This document shows, piece by piece, positions 1 to 7,093 of a DNA stretch of 8,034 nt (positions within the stretch are counted from its first letter, which is position 1; each line of letters begins with the position of its first letter). The stretch comes from Paraspadella gotoi (lineage: Eukaryota > Animalia > Chaetognatha): positions 16,475,396 through 16,483,429 of the forward strand of contig CM119267.1 of the NCBI GenBank assembly GCA_051294375.1, read 5' to 3'. Made by a program: the position numbers and the translations under genes. The notes under the pieces were generated by a model. That model worked only from the letters and a program-made list of their open reading frames with translations, ran no database searches and was not told the origin of the DNA.

Positions 1-119
1 AAGAATTGGGATAAAACATCCAGGAAGATGGGAAAAGAAAAAGAGAAGGGATCAAAGTGGGGAAAGAGAAGGGAAGAAAGTAAGGTTCAAAGGTCGCGAG
101 AGAAGGGAAAGGAAAGGAC

Positions 120-138
120 GGGTAAGGGAGGGTGAGGG
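120..138 (+). other. Canonical G-quadruplex-forming motif
   Basis: GGGTAAGGGAGGGTGAGGG: four GGG runs with 3-1-3 nt loops, matching the G3+N1-7 x4 pattern. Folding is not demonstrated. Confidence 0.7.
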
Positions 139-717
139 TTCAAAGGATCAAAGGTTGCGCCGGATTGCAGAAAATGCGTTTGACAGGGTGACTTGAGGAG
201 AGCGGAAAGTAAGAAGGCGGAAGTAAGGAAAATGGAAAGAAAGGAACTCAAAAAAAATGTGTAAAGAATCTGAAGAAGAAACGTTAAACGATAAATTTTT
301 ATATTAATTATATTTTTTTAGCGAAATATAAACAATAGTTTTTGTTGGAAAAAAAGTGTGATAGGCTGATACCTCAGGTCCTAAGGGTTACTAATTTCAT
401 AGTTTATTGATACGTAAATTATCGATTGCTTAATGATTATTTTAAACATCACGACACACCTTGCCGACGAAATCACAGTGTTAAGTACCCAGGTAAAGTG
501 ATTAGTTGCCTTGGCCTGGTTACTGGTTGTAGTCAGGGAAAGAGAATACTTGAGCTGGCGTCGATACCGTCCGCCCGTGATTTGCGTTGAAAAGGGGGGG
601 TGGAGAATCTCGACGCAGTTTCCTCGTTCCCGTCGGCCAAAGTTCCCACATAAAAAGGCTGTTTTTTAATGGAGCCGAACCGCGTCGACGCGGATAAGAG
701 GAGAAGAGAGATGATGA

Positions 718-720
<3 letters not shown>

Positions 721-752
<32 letters not shown>
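721..752 (+). repeat. (GA)16 microsatellite
   Basis: Perfect GA dinucleotide run, preceded by a degenerate GA/GAT-rich lead-in from about 697. Confidence 0.98.
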
Positions 753-756
<4 letters not shown>

Positions 757-821
757 GAATAAGTGAGGGGAGGGAGAAAGGATGACTGGATTGCTCCGTC
801 TTTATGGGAATAAGCTTTCGT

Positions 822-837
822 AGAGAGAGAGAGAGAG
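822..837 (+). repeat. (AG)8 microsatellite
   Basis: Perfect AG run. Confidence 0.95.
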
Positions 838-891
838 CTGGCAAGTGCGCCTTGCTGGGTTGTATGGAATCTCTATTTGAATTTCTAGAAA

Positions 892-926
892 TAACCACTA
901 ACCACTAACCAATAACCACCAACCAG
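892..926 (+). repeat. Heptamer tandem repeat, consensus TAACCAC, 5 copies
   Basis: TAACCAC TAACCAC TAACCAA TAACCAC CAACCAG read directly from the sequence. Confidence 0.92.
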
Positions 927-1309
927 GATACGGATAATTAAAATATATCAGTCGCGTTGACATTGTTGTTTTGTGGGCTTTCCAAATTCATTCTGTGACC
1001 AAAGTGAACCGAAGTTAAAGATGCCTTTGTGATCAAATGGGTTCTGATCTTTATGGGAATATAGAGAAAAAGATGATATCCTCATGCAAACTCCCCCAGT
1101 GGAGAATAAGGGTTCTTTCCCTCACCCATACCGCGATAAACGCCCCCTCTATTTCTCTCTCTACCCACCCAATCTCCGGGGGTCCCCCTCGCGGATTTTT
1201 TTCAAGGTTGACCTCATGTTTACGCAAAAAGGTTTTCCTCTTTCCGATCGTCCGACCAACGACGACGGAGCCGGGAATCCAGCCGCAGGACCTCAGAAAA
1301 ACACGCGGA

Positions 1310-1340
1310 GGGATAGGGGGGGGTTGTGGTGGGGGAAGGG
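1310..1340 (+). other. G-quadruplex-forming motif
   Basis: G3-ATA-G8-TTGTGGT-G5-AA-G3, with all loops 7 nt or shorter. Confidence 0.6.
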
Positions 1341-1882
1341 CGGTGGCGGATGCAGAATGGGCGTGGCGAAGGGAGTGCCGTTGTATGCGAAGAGCGCGCT
1401 ATTTCCTTTGGTCGGTGAAAATTGGCTGGAATCTCATCGGCGAAGCCTGGGCTTCTCGAGGAAGGAATAGTCGGCTGAGAGCGGAAAATGACCGGAAATA
1501 AACATTGGGGAGGGGGGGGGTGATGGTTAAGGATTTTCTCACTTTGTTGACATGGAGGGGGGGAGAGATAGCTAAATGGCGAAAGGGTTAATTCGTGGGT
1601 TGACCCAATTTAAGGAAATGAGGGTAAGGAAGAAGGTAGGTGCGTGGCGGGAGAAAAAAGGTTTGCTGGGCGGAGAGACAGAGTTATGGTCGGCGTAAAG
1701 ACGTCAAAACATAGAAGAAAAAAAGAAAGTTTTTTTTAAGGCCAATGAATGAGTGACGAGGACATAGATTAAGTTTCTTAAAAATTAATAATTTTTAAAT
1801 AAAACAGCCTGAAGGTTTTGTTTTTTTTCCCCCTTCGTTTATATCCCTTTCGTTTCTATTCTTTCTCTTCTTCTTCCTCTTA

Positions 1883-1903
1883 CTCCTCCTCCTCCTCCTC
1901 CTC
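1883..1903 (+). repeat. (CTC)7 microsatellite within a pyrimidine tract (about 1816-1910)
   Basis: Perfect CTC run preceded by TTC units. Confidence 0.93.
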
Positions 1904-1965
1904 ATCCAACCTCACAATTCTGAAAGCGGCGAAACAATTTCACGGCAAATGAATCAGGCAGCGGA

Positions 1966-2178
1966 TCACGTGACCTCTAAACCGCGCGGGGGCGGGAGAG
2001 AGAGAGAGGGGAGGCTAATGAGAAGGGGAGGGTGAGGAAATTGAGAGAGGGGAAGTGAAATGCGTGAGAGGATAAGACGAGACAAAAATGATCAAAAGGG
2101 AAAACAAAAGAGGCAACGACGAAAAGGAAGGGGGGGGGGCGGGAGTTTGCGTTTATGCACCAAATTAAATTCACGTGA
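1966..2178. promoter_or_regulatory. Pair of extended palindromic E-boxes, TCACGTGA (1966-1973 and 2171-2178)
   Basis: Two exact TCACGTGA 8-mers bracketing a purine-rich segment. bHLH/bHLH-ZIP binding is inferred from the motif only. Confidence 0.35.
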
Positions 2179-2318
2179 TAATGATTGATTTTACTGATTT
2201 CTGCGAATGGACTAGTAGCTTGACTGGGCTTGGAACACGTAGAATTAAAAATTTATATTTTGTGATGTTAAAGAATGCATAAAAAGCCACCTTTTGATAT
2301 CACGATTGCTCTTTCTAG

Positions 2319-2332
2319 ACGCCATCTGGAGG
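2319..2332 (-). promoter_or_regulatory. CTCF-like motif
   Basis: Minus strand CCTCCAGATGGCGT versus consensus CCACYAGRKGGCRS gives 2 mismatches. It is an isolated GC-rich word in an AT-rich spacer. Confidence 0.35.
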
Positions 2333-2629
2333 GATAACATGAGAAATACTCATTTGTTTCAGGCTATTTTTTAGTATGAAAACTTAAAAGGCAGAGGTAT
2401 TTTTTAATGTTTACAAACAACGAATTTTTAATTTTGAAAAACGGACATGTTTCGACCGAAAGAAAATATACGAAGTAAGGAAACTGAACTAATAAAAACT
2501 ACAGCCTTAAAATTAAGCCACCATACAACTGTTTGTAATTCAAATTATGATTCTCTCTTTCTTTCTTTCTCATCCCTTCTCTAGCTTAAATTTACTACAA
2601 AAAGATAAAAAAACGTCTGAATAAATTGC

Positions 2630-2638
2630 ACTTACCTT
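2630..2638 (-). other. Candidate 5' splice donor, AAG|GTAAGT
   Basis: Reverse complement of ACTTACCTT is a perfect match to MAG|GTRAGT. There is no transcript evidence. Confidence 0.3.
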
Positions 2639-2770
2639 TTTTTGGAAGGACGGAACGAGGAAAGGCATTAAAAAAGTCGGGTTGGGAGGAAATAAAAAAA
2701 AGCGAGTTAAAACCTAATGGGTCGTAAATTCATATCATAACCTAAATTCATTCCAACATTCGTTTCCATT

Positions 2771-2784
2771 CTCTCTCTCTCTCT
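2771..2784 (+). repeat. (CT)7 microsatellite
   Basis: Perfect CT run. Confidence 0.93.
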
Positions 2785-3425
2785 GTCGGTCCAGTTTTAT
2801 ATTTATGACCCGGATGTCGGTATGTCGGCTCCTGAGCTAAAAAAGACGCGGCGAGGAGACACGCCCTCGTCGTACGGCAGAGTGACAAACGTCACCGTCG
2901 GAGCTGACACGGCCGATGTCACGGGGCGTGACGGGGAAAGAGAGATAAGACGTTTTTCTTTGGGCGCGAGGGAAAACGTTTTTTGAGAAGCGGACAGGTT
3001 GACCCTTTCAAAGTAAAAAGAGAAAAGTAAAAGAAAAAGAAAAAGAAAGTATAAAAAGAGACGAAAAATTGAAGTTTCGAAAAAAAAAAAATTCTTAGAT
3101 TAGAAAAACAACAGAGGAAACAGAAAAATTAATACTTAAAAAAAACAAACTTTCAATCAAGTAAAATTTTTGTTGTTGTTGAAAACTTGAAGATAATTAA
3201 ATTATTAAATGAACTAACAGAAGATAAAATTTTTTTGGTGCAAAAATCTAAAATCTAACGGACTCAATCCTTCCGCGAAACGTTGATCAAAGTTTTAACT
3301 GTCTCTTGACTGTCTTCATTTTTAGCCAATAAAGAAGAAAACTCCATGTAAAGCTATAGAACAAAGAACAAAGAAGGCAAGTCGAAGATGTACCATTAAA
3401 TTTCATCTTCTCTGTCCACAGCATA

Positions 3426-3698
3426 GTCGTCGCCGTCATCGTCGTCGCTGTTGTTTGTCGAGTCCGCCGTCGTCAAGGCCGTTATCTTCATTGTTGTCGT
3501 CGTCGTTTCTGTCGTCGTCGTTTCTGTCGTCGTCGAGGTCTTTATATCTTCTTCGTCTCCATCGTCGTCGTCGTCGTCGTCGTCGTCACTCCCGAGCTCC
3601 CGTCTTTTCGCTTCGATTTACAACTAAGAGGTCGCTTTCGAATCTTCGTCTTCGTCGTCGTTACTGTCCCCGTCGACGTCGTCGTCTTCATCATCGTC
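3426..3698 (+). repeat. Compound (GTC/TCG)n low-complexity region, including a 15-bp tandem unit TGTCGTCGTCGTTTC x2.7 (3495-3535) and (TCG)8 (3562-3585)
   Basis: Read directly from the sequence. Confidence 0.92.
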
Positions 3699-3840
3699 TC
3701 TGTTGCCAAGGCATCGGTCTCCCCTACCAGTCAGAGGGCTCTGGCACCTGTCTCCACATGTCTCCACTTTTGAGTCCTTTTCCTCTGCATCATCTACACC
3801 ATCTTTCCACTCCATCAGCCACCCTCAAACACCCTCGTCT

Positions 3841-3992
3841 CTTCTCTCTCTCTCTCTCTCCTCTCTCTTTCCTTCTCTCTCTCGTCTCATCTCTCTCTCC
3901 TCTCTCCCTCTCTCCTCCGAAGCCAAAAAAACATAAGGCAATAAATAAAGCAGGTAATAAAACGAAATGTTCTCTGTCTCTCTCTCTCTCTC
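3841..3992 (+). repeat. (TC)n-rich pyrimidine tracts (3841-3918 and 3971-3992)
   Basis: Imperfect TC dinucleotide arrays, with core (TC)9 at 3843-3860. Confidence 0.93.
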
Positions 3993-4905
3993 CCGTCCGC
4001 GGCGAAAAGGCGTTCGATGATTACTGCCCGATTCGGCCGCCAGAGCGAATTGCGGCGCGACTGTCGCCAAACGAGTTATTTTGTTTTTCCTCGGGTTAAT
4101 CTGAGGTCGACGCCGAAGACTGGGCAGGCGGAGAAAAGGGGGCCGCGATTTTATCGTCATCAAGCTCCGTCTCGAGGCGTCTAGCGGCGCTCCGGCATCG
4201 TCAAGGGGGGGTGGAGTCAAATGGGACTGCATGGAAACTTGCTGCAACATCGAGCCATTTCCGACGTCTGCGAAAAGGTGAGCAAACTTGAGCTCCGAGT
4301 GGCCAAATATGAGTATCGCGTTGAAACACAAGTAAAAGATGTCGTTTTAGCCTTAGATTAAAATGAAAGATCGTCCGCTCACTATGTTCTGGCGGATGTC
4401 AAGTTCTCTCTATTGCGCGACTTCTTGCGGCGCATCTTAATAAACGGAGCGGTCTATTTTTGCTCGACGCTGCGCATTAAACGAATGTCTCGCGACTCGC
4501 AGTTTGATTACGACTCCATTCGCTGATCCACTCCCGCGCACTCGGTCGTCGCCATGGTTACGAAGGCGATTATTGCGTCGTCGTCGTCGTCCGGATCGAT
4601 GAGGACGAATAGATTGTCAATTTTCGAGGTTAACTGCGCCATCGCGGGAAGTTCGACGCGTAATTGACGAGTTTTCTTTTCATCTTCTGTGACCAAAGTC
4701 ATTTTTTGATCAAGTCTCAAACGACGTCTCGTGTGGAACCGAATTTTTGGACCTTTCTACTAGATATTTTAAAAAAAATTGTTATAAACGGTGTTAAATC
4801 TGATAACATAATTAATTTAAGCAATGAGACAATGACAAATATTTTAACTTAAAAAGCGACAAAATCATCATCCAACTTAATGAAGTGTTATTAATCATAT
4901 CAAGT

Positions 4906-4976
4906 TATCGAATATCACAACATTGTCTTTTTTTCCGATATCGATAGCGATATTGGTTTTGTAATGATTTGCGATA
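4906..4976. promoter_or_regulatory. CGATA cluster containing a DRE palindrome, TATCGATA (4939-4946)
   Basis: CGATA at 4936, 4942, 4948 and 4972, and its reverse complement TATCG at 4906 and 4939. Confidence 0.35.
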
Positions 4977-5367
4977 CTAATCTGGCCATCAAATGTCACC
5001 CGCCTGATCACTTCTATCCGAGCGCAGATGCTGGACAGACCCAAAGCTTGGTTCAATTTGAATGATAAATTAGTGGAATCACTGTGAAGCAACTTCCCAG
5101 CGGTTTTCTTTATAAAAGCCTCGTTTTCGATCGATAAAGTGACTCACTTACTAAACGATTGAAATCCGGTTTGCGTATCCGTTTAAAACAATAGAATTGA
5201 ATGAAGGAAGGACTTTTGAAATGGCAGAATTTTGTTTGATATAAATCGAATTTCATTCGGGCGAGAAATAGAATAAAATGATGAAAAAGGTGAGGAAAAG
5301 TAAGGTAGTGAGAGAGAAGAGGAGAGCGACTTGTATTTATGGGCGAATCGATTGTGTAAACAAAAGA

Positions 5368-5376
5368 AGAGAGAGA

Positions 5377-5414
<38 letters not shown>
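5368..5414 (+). repeat. (AG)n microsatellite, core (AG)17 at 5381-5414
   Basis: AG run with a single T interruption at 5379. Confidence 0.98.
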
Positions 5415-5416
<2 letters not shown>

Positions 5417-5461
5417 GCGTCTCCGTGAAATAGGAGTCAACATCGGAGTCGAGGCCGGTTC

Positions 5462-5492
5462 CGTCGTCGTTGTTGTTGTAGTTGTTGTTGTT
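5462..5492 (+). repeat. (GTC)/(GTT)n trinucleotide repeat
   Basis: GTC units grading into GTT units, with one GTA. Confidence 0.88.
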
Positions 5493-5718
5493 ACCGCTTC
5501 GTTGAACTTATCTCCGATTACAAAGAGGATTCCACCGGTTGGTAATTTATAATATGAACCTTTTGCATCGTTTGAGACGATGTTAAAACGTAGCTTTGTT
5601 CTAGCAAAATCATTTATACTCTCACAAGTATTTTTTTTTCAAATTCATCCCGTTATTTTTGCTTCAATTCCTCTTATTTTTGTCATCATCCTTTTAACCG
5701 AACATCTACCTATAATCC

Positions 5719-5798
5719 TTTTAGTTTTCTTTCTTTTTCTTTTCTTTCCTTTCCTCCTTTTCTCCTTTCTCCTCCTTTTTCATCGCTCCCCTCCTCCT
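5719..5798 (+). repeat. Polypyrimidine low-complexity tract
   Basis: Almost exclusively T/C for about 80 nt. Confidence 0.85.
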
Positions 5799-5880
5799 CG
5801 TCCATTATCCGCGTTATTAATCTTAGTTCCCGGTTTCAAACTTTAACAAAATGAAGCGAAAAGAAGAAGATGAACTGAGA

Positions 5881-5915
5881 ACGACGACGACGACGACGAC
5901 GAAGACGACGACAAA

Positions 5916-5950
<35 letters not shown>
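5881..5950 (+). repeat. (ACG/GAC)n microsatellite, about 23 units with two interruptions
   Basis: Read directly from the sequence. Confidence 0.97.
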
Positions 5951-6251
5951 ATTTGCTGAGTTTTTTTATCAGGGGGGGGAGAGGGGGCGTCGCCGCGGCG
6001 GTGAAGATGGCAAGGCGGCAAGAAAGATGAAGGCAATGCCGATGGTTTTTTTTTGCAGGAAGCGAGATGGAGGTAAAAAACTGAAGCAACTTTACAGCAA
6101 GTGAGGAGAAATGTTTTTTTTTCCGCAACATTTGCGCGACTAAATCGAAAGAGCAAACACTCGGGTTCATCTCGCGATACAATCAATGAAGACAAGGGAT
6201 CGGCGAACTGTGACTGAAATCGGTGAATGGAAAAAAAAACCTAGTACGTAG

Positions 6252-6374
6252 AGACCGACAAACGTACGGACGGAAAGACCGACGCAGACGTGAATCCGGA
6301 CAGGTTGAAGCAAACTTGAACTAGAGGGGAAAACGGACTAAACAGACGGACAGATTGGCAGACGGACTGACCGG
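6252..6374 (+). repeat. Degenerate tetranucleotide (NGAC: AGAC/GGAC/CGAC) array in two blocks; possible relic of a Helitron-derived DINE-1/HINE-like element
   Basis: Period-4 words such as AGAC CGAC AAAC GTAC GGAC and AGAC GGAC AGAT TGGC AGAC GGAC TGAC. Element termini were not found. Confidence 0.5.
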
Positions 6375-6628
6375 CGCTATATGACGCAGAAATTTTTGAC
6401 GTCTGAACAAAAAACGTGGCGCTCAGATTTTTTTTCCCGAGACGTGGGTTTCGATGAAGAAAAATCGATTGGATGTACCAATATCATGAAGCTATTAAAG
6501 TATTCAAATTTTTGATGCTGTAAAATAAACTGGTACGGTACAATACAGTAAATATCGCACAACATTGCACAATGCGCAGCCTTATAAAAAAGCGGAAAAA
6601 AAACGGAGACGAAAGGAAGAACAAGAAG

Positions 6629-6687
6629 AAGAACAATAACGATGTCGAAAAGAACAATAACGACGTCGAGAAGAACAATAACGACGC
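6629..6687 (+). repeat. 21-bp tandem repeat AAGAACAATAACGAYGTCGAR, 2.8 copies
   Basis: Units start at 6629, 6650 and 6671. Confidence 0.95.
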
Positions 6688-6780
6688 CAGCACTTTCGAA
6701 AGTCGTTCAATCAAACTAAAACGGCGTTTTCATCATCATCGTCCGGGATTGTTTGGCGAAATTGCCGAAAAAAAGGGAAA

Positions 6781-6784
6781 GAGA

Positions 6785-6822
<38 letters not shown>

Positions 6823-6874
6823 AGAGAGAGAGAGAAAGAAGAGAGTAGAGAGGGAGAGAGAGAGTATGAGAGAG
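6781..6874 (+). repeat. Compound (GA)n purine tract
   Basis: Core (AG)12 at 6785-6808 plus interrupted GA runs. Confidence 0.96.
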
Positions 6875-7024
6875 TTCATTATCGTCGTCGTCGGCATTCT
6901 CGTTGCGACTCAGAATAAATTAGAAAACAAAAAAGAAGAGAAGAGACATAAGCCAGAAAATCCCAAGATTACGAACGTGAAGATTAAACGAGGAGCTGAG
7001 GGAGACGACGGTTCTTTTGGGTGT

Positions 7025-7054
7025 GACGATGACGACGACGACTATGAAGACGAT

Positions 7055-7089
<35 letters not shown>

Positions 7090-7093
7090 TGAT
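7025..7093 (+). repeat. (GAC/GAT)n repeat with a 12-bp higher-order unit, GATGACGACGAC x3 (7052-7087)
   Basis: Read directly from the sequence. Confidence 0.95.

Noticed and set aside
680-693. 14-bp perfect palindrome CCGCGTCGACGCGG
   Set aside because: About one palindrome of this length is expected by chance in 8 kb, more so in CpG-rich DNA. There is no supporting context.
533-898. Minus-strand 121-aa ORF
   Set aside because: Non-ATG start, LS runs derived from (GA)n tracts, and no domain.
1037-1501. Overlapping plus-strand ORFs of 154 and 128 aa
   Set aside because: Two frames are open simultaneously in GC-rich, G/C-run DNA, with no recognisable motif or homology.
3401-4099. Plus-strand acceptor-like TTTCATCTTCTCTGTCCACAG (3401-3421) followed by an Arg/Ser-rich open frame, considered as an SR or transformer-like exon
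   Set aside because: Arg and Ser runs are translations of (CGT/TCG)n and (TC)n repeats, with no RS-dipeptide domain and no cluster of Tra/Tra2-type TCWWCAATCAACA elements. It cannot be fully excluded without RNA-seq.
4508-5092. Short ORFs 4508-4720 (-), 4664-4852 (+) and 4895-5092 (-)
   Set aside because: 60-70 aa, non-ATG starts as listed, no recognisable domain, and no consistent splice-linked frame.
5851-6030. 59-codon plus-strand ORF with CAAAATG Kozak-like context (MKRKEEDELRTTTT...)
   Set aside because: Much of it is poly-Thr from the (ACG)n microsatellite, and CAAAATG is common in A-rich DNA.
6629-6687. CRISPR-like interpretation of the 21-bp repeats
   Set aside because: Units are head-to-tail with no spacers, there are no cas genes, and the context is eukaryotic.
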